The notes under the pieces are model-generated. The model worked only from the letters and a program-made list of their open reading frames with translations. It did no database searches and had not been told where the DNA came from. Of a stretch of DNA of 64,000 nucleotides, positions 48,312-57,774 are shown piece after piece. The position numbers were made by a program, and so were the translations under genes. The first letter of the stretch is position 1; every line of letters starts with the position of its first letter. The DNA comes from an uncultured bacterium (GTDB lineage: Bacteria; UBP4; UBA4092). The stretch lies in assembly GCA_964644695.1 (NCBI GenBank), contig CAZXWN010000001.1, positions 766,805 through 830,804 of the forward strand, given 5' to 3'.

Positions 48312-49325
48312 TTACCACTTAATAACGCAGGATCCCCATGTCAGTCCGCCACCAAAAGCCACAAGGACAATATTGTCCCCTTCTTTGATCCGACCCTGCC
48401 GAACCGCTTCGTCTAGGGCGATAGGAATGGAAGCGGCTGAAGTGTTCCCGTATTTCTCAATATTCACCATGACTTTTTCCATGGGGATATTAAACTTTTC
48501 AGCAGAGGCTTTGATTATACGGATATTGGCCTGATGAGGAATCAATAATGCCAGATTATCTGGATGAATATCACAGGACTGCAATGCATGTTCCAGAGAC
48601 TCACCCATAACGCGAATGGCAAATTTATAAACCTCTTTACCATCCATTTGTACACAATTCAACTTTTGTTCAATTGCGAGGGCTGTAATGGGGTTTCGTG
48701 AACCACCTGCGGGTATCCGAATCAGGTCAGCGGCACGGCCATCACTGGCCAGATAATCATATAGAATACCCCGTCCAGGGTTACCATTTCCAAGAACCAC
48801 AGCACCGGCACCGTCACCAAACAGAACACAGGTATTTCGATCTGACCAATCCAGCATCCGAGTCAATACTTCTGAGCCGATGACAAGAGCATATCGATAA
48901 CCATGTCCCAGCATTAAATTTTTAGAAACACTGAGAGCATAAACAAAACCCGTACATGCAGCAGAAAGATCAAAAGCGGCCGCGTTATTAGCACCCAACT
49001 TTTGTTGAACGAAACAAGCAGTTGAAGGTGTTAAATGGTCGGGGGTAAAGGTAGCAACGACTATTAAATCTATTTCCTCAGACTGAATTCCTGCGGCTTG
49101 AATAGCTTGTTCGGCAGCTTTAACCGCCAAATCGGATGTAGCTTCATCTGCCGCCGCAATCCGGCGTTCTTTAATGCCAGTACGCGATGAAATCCACTCA
49201 TCTGTGGTGTCTACTATTTTTTCAAGGTCAGTATTCGTGAGGACTTTTTCCGGAAGGTAAGAACCCGTTCCGATTATAGTAATCCCGCCATTGCGGGAGA
49301 ATTGTAGAGGCTGGAGTTTAGTCAT
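48312..49325 (-). CDS. fabH: 3-oxoacyl-ACP synthase III
   Basis: AACTGF, FGDGAGA, PHQAN, GNTSAAS, FGGGLTWG. Confidence 0.96.
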   Translation of the reverse strand: MTKLQPLQFSRNGGITIIGTGSYLPEKVLTNTDLEKIVDTTDEWISSRTGIKERRIAAADEATSDLAVKAAEQAIQAAGIQSEEIDLIVVATFTPDHLTPSTACFVQQKLGANNAAAFDLSAACTGFVYALSVSKNLMLGHGYRYALVIGSEVLTRMLDWSDRNTCVLFGDGAGAVVLGNGNPGRGILYDYLASDGRAADLIRIPAGGSRNPITALAIEQKLNCVQMDGKEVYKFAIRVMGESLEHALQSCDIHPDNLALLIPHQANIRIIKASAEKFNIPMEKVMVNIEKYGNTSAASIPIALDEAVRQGRIKEGDNIVLVAFGGGLTWGSCVIKW

Positions 49326-49354
49326 ACCGTCTTTCTCAACAGGTTTTGCGGTAT

Positions 49355-49396
49355 AAAAGCAACGGGATAATTATCGTTTGTAAGATAATTATCCCG
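49355..49396 (-). terminator. Hairpin between plsX and fabH (terminator or stabiliser)
   Basis: cgggataattatc / gataattatcccg 13-bp stem with short U tract on minus strand. Confidence 0.55.
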
Positions 49397-49403
49397 CGTC
49401 TTT

Positions 49404-50414
49404 TTAAGATTCCATTACCGGTTTTATCTCATCGGCAATGTGTTGATTTACATTTTGAATGACCGCCTGAGAAGCTAAGCGAATTGCATTAGCAATAGCT
49501 TTTCCATTAGAGCGGCCGTGACAAATAATGATCGTGCCATTAATTCCCATCAAGGGAGCACCACCATATTCAGCGTAGTCTACTTTCTTTTTGAACCGGC
49601 TAAAAGCATCCATCATAGGCCGTGCGGACTCCGCATTAGCCATGACTAAGGGTGCCATTTCAGCCTTCAAGGAGTTCATGATCATTTCGGCAAATCCTTC
49701 ACCAAATTTCAGCAGGATATTACCTACAAATCCATCACAAACCACGACATCCACTTTACCACGCGGAATGTCTTTGCCTTCGACATTACCAATGAAGTTA
49801 ATATCTGCGGCTTCCAGTAATTCATACGTCTTACTGGTCAGGTCATTGCCCTTCTCTTTTTCTTCACCAATACTGAGAAGGCCGACAGTAGGATTTTCCT
49901 GTCCCATGACCCGTTCCGAAAAAACTTTACCCATAATGGCAAAGTGGAGCAAATGTTGGGGGCGGCAATCTACATTGGCACCGATATCCACAACAATGCA
50001 AGGTTTTTGTTCGAGAGTAGGCATTGATCCAGAGATAGCAGGGCGACTGATACCGGGTAACCGTCCTAATGTAAAAAGACTGGCACCCATAACAGCACCA
50101 GTATTACCTGCCGAGACCAATGCGTCTGCTTCACCCCGTTTGACCAAATCCATGGCCACGAGAATGGAACAGTTCTTTTTCTGTTTTAGAGCTTGTGCGG
50201 GTGATTCATCCATTCCAATCACTTCATCCGCATGGACAATAGAGATCTTAGGATGACTCGAAACACCCGCCTTCAGCATTTCTTCACGAATGACAGATTC
50301 TCTGCCAACCAGAATTATCGAATCAATTTCAGGTTTATCGGCCGCAATCAAGGCACCGGCGATTTCAGCGCTCGGAGCCTGATCCGTACCCATTGCGTCT
50401 AAAGCAATTCTCAT
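49404..50414 (-). CDS. plsX: Phosphate acyltransferase PlsX
   Basis: IALDAMG.D, SAGNTGA, DIGANVD, GEEKEKG, DGFVGN, YGGAPLMG, HGRS. Confidence 0.96.
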   Translation of the reverse strand: MRIALDAMGTDQAPSAEIAGALIAADKPEIDSIILVGRESVIREEMLKAGVSSHPKISIVHADEVIGMDESPAQALKQKKNCSILVAMDLVKRGEADALVSAGNTGAVMGASLFTLGRLPGISRPAISGSMPTLEQKPCIVVDIGANVDCRPQHLLHFAIMGKVFSERVMGQENPTVGLLSIGEEKEKGNDLTSKTYELLEAADINFIGNVEGKDIPRGKVDVVVCDGFVGNILLKFGEGFAEMIMNSLKAEMAPLVMANAESARPMMDAFSRFKKKVDYAEYGGAPLMGINGTIIICHGRSNGKAIANAIRLASQAVIQNVNQHIADEIKPVMES

Positions 50415-50448
50415 GTTTGATTTCCCCGGACTAATTCAGGGAACCAGA

Positions 50449-50625
50449 TTAGTCGAGGTCCACAACCTGAACAGATTTGTAAAACCCACAAGAATTACAT
50501 GCCCGATGCGGCATCTTGGCTGTTCCACAACGAGGGCAAGTGGATAATGCTACATTTTTAATCTTATCTTGGGCCTTACGACTGCGTTTTTTGGACTTAA
50601 ATACTCTTCTTTTAGGAACTGGCAT
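50449..50625 (-). CDS. rpmF: 50S ribosomal protein L32 (58 aa, absent from ORF track)
   Basis: My translation: MPVPKRRVFKSKKRSRKAQDKIKNVALSTCPRCGTAKMPHRACNSCGFYKSVQVVDLD; GGAGG RBS; yceD-rpmF-plsX synteny. Confidence 0.95.
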   Translation of the reverse strand: MPVPKRRVFKSKKRSRKAQDKIKNVALSTCPRCGTAKMPHRACNSCGFYKSVQVVDLD

Positions 50626-50649
50626 TTGTTTCTACCTCCAGAATAAGCG

Positions 50650-51171
50650 CTAATTCAATTTAATGTTTTTCAATTGATCAAAAGGATGAGGTTCTTCCTC
50701 ATCCCGGCATTGGCACTGCATAACATTTCTGTTACTACCGCATTGTGGACATAAACCACGACAGGACTCACTACAGAGAGGCTGCATCGGGATACTCAGC
50801 ACTAAACACTCGGCTATTTGCTGATCCAAGTCCAAATCAGCACCCCGATAATACACAACATCCAACTCTTCTTCAGCCAGTTCCTTTTCGTCACTTGAAT
50901 AGTTGACCTGGGGATCTGGCTCATAGTTACAAAGATAATCACCATCCAGCACTGTTTCTACAGGCTCAAGACAACGGCTACAGGATAACATCGCCTTGCA
51001 CTGAATATGCCCCGTAACAGTAATACGGTCATCATGCCGAAATATTTCGATTTTAACCGAAATAGGTGTTGTCAAAGAAGGGATATCTCGATTGCTTGCG
51101 AAGGTATCCGCAGGCAACTGAAATTCCTTTACTGTCTGACCATCTTGAAGGGTCGTTAAATTCAATTTCAT
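50650..51171 (-). CDS. yceD: YceD/DUF177 protein
   Basis: CSRCL, PMQPLCSESCRGLCPQCG; canonical position before rpmF. Confidence 0.92.
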   Translation of the reverse strand: MKLNLTTLQDGQTVKEFQLPADTFASNRDIPSLTTPISVKIEIFRHDDRITVTGHIQCKAMLSCSRCLEPVETVLDGDYLCNYEPDPQVNYSSDEKELAEEELDVVYYRGADLDLDQQIAECLVLSIPMQPLCSESCRGLCPQCGSNRNVMQCQCRDEEEPHPFDQLKNIKLN

Positions 51172-51248
51172 ATTATTCACCAACCGGCTTGTTTTATCAA
51201 TTCACCAACTGGCCAACCCCTTCGGATTAGTTTACATACAGAATTAAA

Positions 51249-51277
51249 ATTATAAATTCCCACGGCTATCCTGTCAA
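51249..51277 (-). promoter_or_regulatory. Consensus sigma70 promoter for yceD-rpmF-plsX operon
   Basis: TTGACA-N17-TATAAT exact consensus on minus strand. Confidence 0.75.
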
Positions 51278-51383
51278 GTTAAGGGGACTCGCTTTGGAGA
51301 ATCCAACAAGCATTTACGACTAAAGAATAACTCGAGTTGTAAATATCTATCTTAAATTATATCAAATATTTATAATTTTATTA

Positions 51384-52130
51384 TCAAGCCATTACACCCA
51401 ATTTTCGCTGGAGGAGTTGTTGCGTCATATTCAACATCTGTCGGGTGCCATTTTCATGCGGCGAAATATCCAGGGCCTTTTTAAAACTTACCATTGCATT
51501 TCCATAATCACGGAGACCTAAATAGGATTCGCCCATTCCTGAATAGGCTCCAAAATGGTCTGGATTCAGATTCACGGCAGAACGGCAATCCGCAATAGCC
51601 TTTACATAATCGCCTTTCAGGTAAAACAAAATAGCTCTTTGGTTATAGGCCTCTGCAAAGCCCGGGTCTTCATGAATGATGAGCGTCAGACGATTGATAG
51701 CTTGGTCAAGTTTGCCTTTTTGAATCAATTTTTGGGCATCATATAATCCCTGGCGAGCCAAGGGACCGGCTTCATTAAACCATAAATCACATAAAAGGGA
51801 AGAGGCCATCGCCCTTTCCTGACTATCCTCAGAACGAAGACTATCATACAAATACTGGTCGTATTCTTTTTTATTATTACGGGTCAATAGATAGGCTGAC
51901 ATTAATCGAACTTCATAATCATTCGAATTGGCCAATTTTGTCAGGAGGTTGGCATGTATGGGTTCAAACTGATCATTCAGGTTATCCAGGGAATTACGGT
52001 TCCGCCAATCCACTTGATGGAGTTTATCGACCAGTACATCCGCCTCTTTTACACCAGAGACACCATGATAAAGATGGACCAGACTGAATATTATTAAGAT
52101 AACCAGAAATACTGGTAACCATTTTCTCAT
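51384..52130 (-). CDS. Exported/anchored HEAT plus TPR repeat protein
   Basis: N-terminal hydrophobic helix; PGFAEAYNQRA, PDHFGAYSGMG TPR motifs. Confidence 0.8.
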   Translation of the reverse strand: MRKWLPVFLVILIIFSLVHLYHGVSGVKEADVLVDKLHQVDWRNRNSLDNLNDQFEPIHANLLTKLANSNDYEVRLMSAYLLTRNNKKEYDQYLYDSLRSEDSQERAMASSLLCDLWFNEAGPLARQGLYDAQKLIQKGKLDQAINRLTLIIHEDPGFAEAYNQRAILFYLKGDYVKAIADCRSAVNLNPDHFGAYSGMGESYLGLRDYGNAMVSFKKALDISPHENGTRQMLNMTQQLLQRKLGVMA

Positions 52131-52221
52131 AATATTTATCCCTTATATCCTTATAATAATAAGACGGCTACATAACTGCAATTGTTTCCTGTTATGTTCA
52201 AATTATTTGTCAGAGGATATC

Positions 52222-52698
52222 ATGTATAGAATAGGTATCATTTCCGATACGCACGGAATTCTTAACGCAAAAACATTGGAAGTCTTTCAGGGAGTCGAGG
52301 CCATCTGCCATTGTGGGGACATTGACAGCCACGGAGTTTTAGTCGAATTGGAAACGATTGCACCCGTATTTGCCATCCATGGAAATGTGGACCCCTATGA
52401 ATTGACCGTCAAATATCCCAAACGACAGATTATTTCATTAAAAGATAAAAACATCCTTCTAACCCACAAGGGAATGGATGGAACAGAAATTCGGCCGTCA
52501 GTCATTCGATTTATGGACAAACAGACTGTTGATATCGTCTGTTTTGGACACACCCATCGCCCCTATTCCGGATTTCATTCGGGGACTTATTTCATAAATC
52601 CCGGCAGCGCCACCATCCCCAGACATGGAGGCCGACCCACGGTCGCCATTCTGGATTTGGACAGTTTACCCTTTAATGCCCAGTTTATTGATTTATAA
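52222..52698 (+). CDS. Metallophosphoesterase (YfcE-like)
   Basis: ISDTHG, HCGD, GNVD, FGHTH, NPGS. Confidence 0.9.
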   Translation: MYRIGIISDTHGILNAKTLEVFQGVEAICHCGDIDSHGVLVELETIAPVFAIHGNVDPYELTVKYPKRQIISLKDKNILLTHKGMDGTEIRPSVIRFMDKQTVDIVCFGHTHRPYSGFHSGTYFINPGSATIPRHGGRPTVAILDLDSLPFNAQFIDL

Positions 52699-52701
52699 CG
52701 A

Positions 52702-53268
52702 TTATTTCTTTTTCTTTAATACGGGTTTAATCCCACCCAGACTATTTAATGCCTGCCGCACTTTATCGACATCTGGTAACTGTTGTGGTTTATCCGAAAC
52801 TTGAGCGTATTTGATTTTTCCATCCTGCCCAATGAGAAAAACGGCCCGTTTTGAAACCCCTTTCAATCCCATAAGGTCAGGGAAATATGCACCATAGCTC
52901 TGAGAGGCTTCCTTATTAAAATCAGAAAGGAGCTTGAACTGGATTTTATTTTCTCCTCTCCAGGCCTTATGTGCAAAGGGCGAATCCACACTGACCCCAT
53001 AGACCTGAAGTTTCATCTGAGAATAATCCTTCTGAATCTTTTCAAAGTCTTCCATCTGACGATGACAGGCTTCCGTAAAATCAAACAAATAAAACACAAG
53101 TAAAACTGGCCCCTTTTTAAGCTCTTCTTGAAGGGTCACATATTTCATATCCTCATCCATCAATTTGAAACCTGGGGCTTTATCGCCGGGTTTCAAAGCT
53201 CGAGCCGCAGCGCCCAGAGTCACTAACACTATTAATGAAAGAATGATACTTATCCATAATTTACGCAT
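52702..53268 (-). CDS. Exported AhpC/TSA-family redoxin
   Basis: Signal peptide; GDKAPGF, FTEAC, GVSVDS, LLSDFN, RAVFLI. Confidence 0.8.
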   Translation of the reverse strand: MRKLWISIILSLIVLVTLGAAARALKPGDKAPGFKLMDEDMKYVTLQEELKKGPVLLVFYLFDFTEACHRQMEDFEKIQKDYSQMKLQVYGVSVDSPFAHKAWRGENKIQFKLLSDFNKEASQSYGAYFPDLMGLKGVSKRAVFLIGQDGKIKYAQVSDKPQQLPDVDKVRQALNSLGGIKPVLKKKK

Positions 53269-53365
53269 TTTAAAATCCTTAACCAATTAAATAGGGGTCA
53301 TATCTATCCAATATAATACCCAATTTCTTTCCAAAGACCAATTCTCACAAACTCCTGTTTCCAAC

Positions 53366-53408
53366 GAATCATCCACGGACTTGCTCCGAGCAGCTCCGTG
53401 GATGATTC
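53366..53408. repeat. REP-like palindromic repeat, copy 5
   Basis: gaatcatccacggacttgctccgagcagctccgtggatgattc between divergent genes. Confidence 0.85.
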
Positions 53409-53505
53409 AGGCACCCCCTGCCCTGTAAATTGTTCTTGCTTTTTAATATTACTTGCTTTAGATTACATCAGTTAATAAGTTTGGCAAATACTGCGGGAGG
53501 GATGT

Positions 53506-54873
53506 ATGCCATCACCAAAAGAATGGTTCCAACGAAATAAAAAGGACTGGCTTTTAAAAGAAATACCCCAGTGGGAAGTCGATGGATTGATTTCACGGGA
53601 TCAGTCCGAACTACTTCGGCAAAAATATCAAACAAGTCCAGAGAATTCACAGTATGGCTTAGATACGATTATTATTTCGGTTATTGGGGCATTATTGATT
53701 GGATTAGGAGTTATCCTGTTTTTTGCCTGGAACTGGAAGGATATGCCCCGCTGGTCAAAAGTATCATTGATACTGGTCAGTATGGTCTCTTCGTACCTGG
53801 GCGGTTTTTATATCAAATATCAAAAGCCTGCAAAAGCATGGCTGGGGGAAACACTAATTTTCCTGGGGCTTGTGATTTTTGGGGCAGGCATCTGGCTGAT
53901 GTATCAGATGTTCAATTATTCCCTGGATACTGAAACAGTGTTCTTTTATTGGGCTATAGGAGCACTTTTGGTCACATTGACGGCAGAATCCATTCCAGCA
54001 TTACTTTCGGCTATCATTCTCGGATTCTGTTGGTTTATATCAAATGGTTCAATATTTATCCCCAGCCAGTATCAATACGCTTCTTATCTGATATTAGTAA
54101 TTCCTTTGATGGGAATATCTTATTATTGGAAATGCCGTTTCCCACTGCATCTTCAGATTATTTTCCTATTGATTGCAACGATATATGAAATATTCAGATA
54201 TTCTGAGAATCTAGCTGCTCTTACAAACCTGACATTTCTGGGATTAATCATCTGTTCGCTGGGTTTACTTTCCCGGTCATGGGATACCACCCATCCAGCG
54301 AATAAACCCTTATTAAACTGGGGAAGATTTATTACTGGACTGGGATTGTTTATTCCTTGCGTCAGTTTAATGGATATAAATAGTGATGTAAATAGCGCCT
54401 TCTTTCGGATGAGAACTATCACTTATGGTTTACTTGGCACATTCATCCTGCTGGCTCTATTGCGTGGCGTACTGTTATATAAAAAGCGACTGCCCTATCC
54501 TGAATTAAAACTATCTCAGAATCATTTTCACTTTATCCCAGATGGGATAGGCATTGCTGCATTCATCATCATGTTTTTATATGCAGGAGTAACCAATGTA
54601 ATCAACTTTTTTGTGATTGTTTTAATTGTTTACTATTATTACCTCCTAATTCGTTGGGGAAATCAGATTCAAAAGATGATATATCTCTATATGGGTACGA
54701 TTGGGATTCTAGCCGCAGCATTTTATCTTTATCATGAATTCTTCAGTGAGACACTGTTAAGCGGGGCCCTGTTTTTCCTGGTTGCGGGTGCGTCCTTTAT
54801 TATGTGCGGCTGGTGGTTAATTCAGAAACGGAGGCAGTTTAAACTATCAGACCAGGTGGAGGTTGTTGAATGA
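53506..54873 (+). CDS. DUF2157 membrane protein
   Basis: W..DGLIS..Q, GALLIGLGVILFFAWNW, GAGIWL..Q. Confidence 0.82.
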   Translation: MPSPKEWFQRNKKDWLLKEIPQWEVDGLISRDQSELLRQKYQTSPENSQYGLDTIIISVIGALLIGLGVILFFAWNWKDMPRWSKVSLILVSMVSSYLGGFYIKYQKPAKAWLGETLIFLGLVIFGAGIWLMYQMFNYSLDTETVFFYWAIGALLVTLTAESIPALLSAIILGFCWFISNGSIFIPSQYQYASYLILVIPLMGISYYWKCRFPLHLQIIFLLIATIYEIFRYSENLAALTNLTFLGLIICSLGLLSRSWDTTHPANKPLLNWGRFITGLGLFIPCVSLMDINSDVNSAFFRMRTITYGLLGTFILLALLRGVLLYKKRLPYPELKLSQNHFHFIPDGIGIAAFIIMFLYAGVTNVINFFVIVLIVYYYYLLIRWGNQIQKMIYLYMGTIGILAAAFYLYHEFFSETLLSGALFFLVAGASFIMCGWWLIQKRRQFKLSDQVEVVE

Positions 54874-55550
54874 AACGCTGGATATTCTTCATTTTAGTTA
54901 TCATCCTGCTGGTGGGGTTCCTCACGGGTACTATCCTTTATAAAGAATGGGAAATCAATACCAGCCCCACCATTTTACTAAAAATCAGCCCTAAAGATCC
55001 TCAAGATCTCCTTATGGGCAATTATTTATATCTGTCTTATGATATTTCCCGGCTGGAAGTTAAAAATCTTACAGGCTTGGACTCCACTTTTAATGAAAGA
55101 AGCTCCGGTTATGACGAGGTGGATCATGCATATTTCGGTAGTGAGGCGGGCAAAACTGTTTATGTCTATCTGGAAGAAACAACCACTCCTCAATGTTCCT
55201 ACTATGTTGCCAAAGAAGTCCGAGCTAAACCGCCCGTCAATCCTAATATCAAGTATGCAACAGGGGTTATCGATCGTTATAACTATATTATCGATTCAAC
55301 AAAGGTCTTGTATGTGTTCGATAGTACGACCACCTATGCTTTATCTACAAAAAAATTCGATTCATTAAACCTGTACTACCCTGACGGTGAACGTTTTTAT
55401 GTTCAGCAAGATAAAGCTAAACAATTAGAACAACTGCTGGCTGACACTGAAAATCATCAGGTGTTTGTAGAAGCAGCCTTAATCAAAAATAAGGGGCTTC
55501 GGGTGGTTAATCTGATGATAGATGGGAAATATTACTATCCAAAGAAGTAA
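54870..55550 (+). CDS. GDYXXLXY-domain protein
   Basis: PKDPQDLLMGNYLYLSY; usual partner of DUF2157; ATGA overlap. Confidence 0.8.
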   Translation: MKRWIFFILVIILLVGFLTGTILYKEWEINTSPTILLKISPKDPQDLLMGNYLYLSYDISRLEVKNLTGLDSTFNERSSGYDEVDHAYFGSEAGKTVYVYLEETTTPQCSYYVAKEVRAKPPVNPNIKYATGVIDRYNYIIDSTKVLYVFDSTTTYALSTKKFDSLNLYYPDGERFYVQQDKAKQLEQLLADTENHQVFVEAALIKNKGLRVVNLMIDGKYYYPKK

Positions 55551-55594
55551 AATATTCTCACCTCATCACAATAAATGTTTTAGAATGACTGATT

Positions 55595-57226
55595 ATGACT
55601 AAGCCAACAGAAATGGATACAACCCCCTGCTGGTTAAGGGAAATCGGCCAGTGTGAAAAGGGATTTGAAGGTAGCTTTCTTGAGAAATTCGAGAATTGCT
55701 ACTTTTGTGAGGTATTTACCCGGGCTTCAGCTGAAATAGGCCAGCCATTTCCTCACTTCATGATCCGCCAGTTAAAGCTCTATGACATCCAGAATATTTC
55801 AAAACTGGAACTCGCGAATCAATCCCTCAAACAAAAGATTGATGAACTGACGGTACTTTTAGATATTTCTACACAGGTTCAGGGCACTTCCAGTCTGGAT
55901 GAGACTTTATATGTCATCATCTCCGGATTAACGGCTGGATTTGCTCTCGGTTTTAACCGTGCCATACTTTTTCTCGTCGATGATAGAAAAAATGAGCTCT
56001 ATGGGAAATTGGGAGTAGGTCCGACCTCTGGAGAAGAAGCCCATGCTATCTGGTCATCCCTGGCCAATGAGCCCAAGTCTCTCTCCCGGATGATTACACC
56101 TGAAGCCATTGAGTCTATGAAAAACTCCAAAATGACTCTCCTGGCCCAGACGATGAGAAAAACTCTGCATCCGAACCAGGGTATCCTGTCCCGCACCGTC
56201 ATTGAGAAAAAATCTTTTCTTGTGACCGACGCTCCCCATGATAAACGTGTTAGCCCTGAAGTCCTTGAACTGTTGCAATGCCCTACTTTCGCCACCGTAC
56301 CCTTGATGGCTAAAGATAAGGCCGTCGGCATGATTTATGTGGACAATCGATTTAATCAGGAACCTATCACTGAAGAGGACATGAATTCCCTCTCCCGGTT
56401 TGCAGCGTTGGCGGGTCTGGCGATTGCAGAATCCATGGCCTATGAACAAATTGAACACTTCAATGAACAATTAGAAGCAGAAGTAGAGAAAGCTCAGGCT
56501 GAATTAAGAGAGATTGAGCGAGAATTCGCCCACCAGGAAAAACTTGTGGCACTCGGACAGATGGCCGCCGGTGTAGCCCATGAGCTCCGCAATCCGATGA
56601 CTGCAGTTCGGGGTTTTGCTCAGCGCATTTTCAGAAGGCTCCCGGATGAAGATGCCAATAAACGCTATGCCGGAATCATTCTGGAAGAAATGGATCGTAT
56701 TAATATTCTCATTCGGGATGTCTTGGAATATGCCCGAAAAGATGCTCCGGTGTATGAAAAGGTCCTTTTACAAGAAGTTGTGGATGAGGTTTTATTTATT
56801 TTTAAAGATACCCTGGCCTCTAATCCAATTACCTTAATCAAGGACTATTCTGATTTGCCGGCGTTCTATATTGACGTTAATCAAATTAAACAGATCGTCA
56901 CCAATATCGTCTCCAATGGAATTGATGTCATTAAAGAAGGCGGCGATTTGAAAATTAAAATTTATCAGGATGGTGAAAATGCCTGTTTGGATATTCAAGA
57001 TTCGGGACCTGGTATCTGGCCAGAAATTCTAAAACACATTTTCAATCCCTTTTTTACAACGAAATCATCAGGAACCGGGTTAGGATTATCCATTGCTCAT
57101 CGGCTGGCCGAACTCCATGGCGGAGATATTCGGGTGAAAACTCAGATTGGTCAGGGAACATGTTTTACTCTGGTTCTTCCCTTTAAAACAACACTGGAAG
57201 AATCAGACCAAACTTTAGAAGACTGA
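55595..57226 (+). CDS. Cytoplasmic GAF-domain histidine kinase with N-terminal Cys motif
   Basis: GFNRA.LFL, VPL, YVDN; LGQMAAGVAHELRNP; DSGPG, FNPFFTTK, GTGLGL. Confidence 0.9.
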   Translation: MTKPTEMDTTPCWLREIGQCEKGFEGSFLEKFENCYFCEVFTRASAEIGQPFPHFMIRQLKLYDIQNISKLELANQSLKQKIDELTVLLDISTQVQGTSSLDETLYVIISGLTAGFALGFNRAILFLVDDRKNELYGKLGVGPTSGEEAHAIWSSLANEPKSLSRMITPEAIESMKNSKMTLLAQTMRKTLHPNQGILSRTVIEKKSFLVTDAPHDKRVSPEVLELLQCPTFATVPLMAKDKAVGMIYVDNRFNQEPITEEDMNSLSRFAALAGLAIAESMAYEQIEHFNEQLEAEVEKAQAELREIEREFAHQEKLVALGQMAAGVAHELRNPMTAVRGFAQRIFRRLPDEDANKRYAGIILEEMDRINILIRDVLEYARKDAPVYEKVLLQEVVDEVLFIFKDTLASNPITLIKDYSDLPAFYIDVNQIKQIVTNIVSNGIDVIKEGGDLKIKIYQDGENACLDIQDSGPGIWPEILKHIFNPFFTTKSSGTGLGLSIAHRLAELHGGDIRVKTQIGQGTCFTLVLPFKTTLEESDQTLED

Positions 57227-57279
57227 TTTCTGATAAAATAAGCACACGACAGGGTTCATGTGAGATTGAGGGTAAAATT

Positions 57280-57684
57280 ATGACAAAAAATGCACAATTA
57301 ATTTTAGTGGTAGACGACGAAAAAAATATTCGTCTTCTTTTCCAGGAAGAGCTCGCTGAGGTGGGTTACCATATCATCTGCGCTGAAAACGGTGAAGAAG
57401 CTCTTCGATTATTCCAGGAACACAAGCCGGACTTAGTTCTGTTAGACTTAAAAATGCCGGGCATGCATGGAGTCTCTGTCTTGGAAAATATTAGGAAAAC
57501 GGATAAAACTACGCCCGTACTTGTCGTGACGGCCCATGGGGCTGGAAGCTCCATCCAAAGGTCTCAGACTGAATACACATTCAAATCCCGTAATCTGAAT
57601 ATTGCAGACTACATCACAAAACCTGTGGATTTGGATGACTTGGTCGCCAAGGTTAAAAAGACAATTGGACCACCCCGGACCTAA
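57280..57684 (+). CDS. Single-domain response regulator
   Basis: VVDDE, LLDLKMPG, VTAH, KP. Confidence 0.92.
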   Translation: MTKNAQLILVVDDEKNIRLLFQEELAEVGYHIICAENGEEALRLFQEHKPDLVLLDLKMPGMHGVSVLENIRKTDKTTPVLVVTAHGAGSSIQRSQTEYTFKSRNLNIADYITKPVDLDDLVAKVKKTIGPPRT

Positions 57685-57701
57685 AGTTTTTACTTCAGTC
57701 C

Positions 57702-57730
57702 TTGACAGACGAAGTGTAATCATATAATTT
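57702..57730 (+). promoter_or_regulatory. Putative sigma70 promoter for carD
   Basis: TTGACA followed by TAATTT at 17 bp (TATAAT at 15 bp). Confidence 0.5.
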
Positions 57731-57774
57731 GAAGTCAGTCCCCATAGTTCCAGTACACTAAGAAGGAGTTCAGG

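Noticed and set aside
49591-50256. 221-aa plus-strand ORF
   Set aside because: Antisense to plsX
3938-53408. Palindromic repeats as a CRISPR array
   Set aside because: Copies are kilobases apart in mixed orientation, with no spacers and no cas genes
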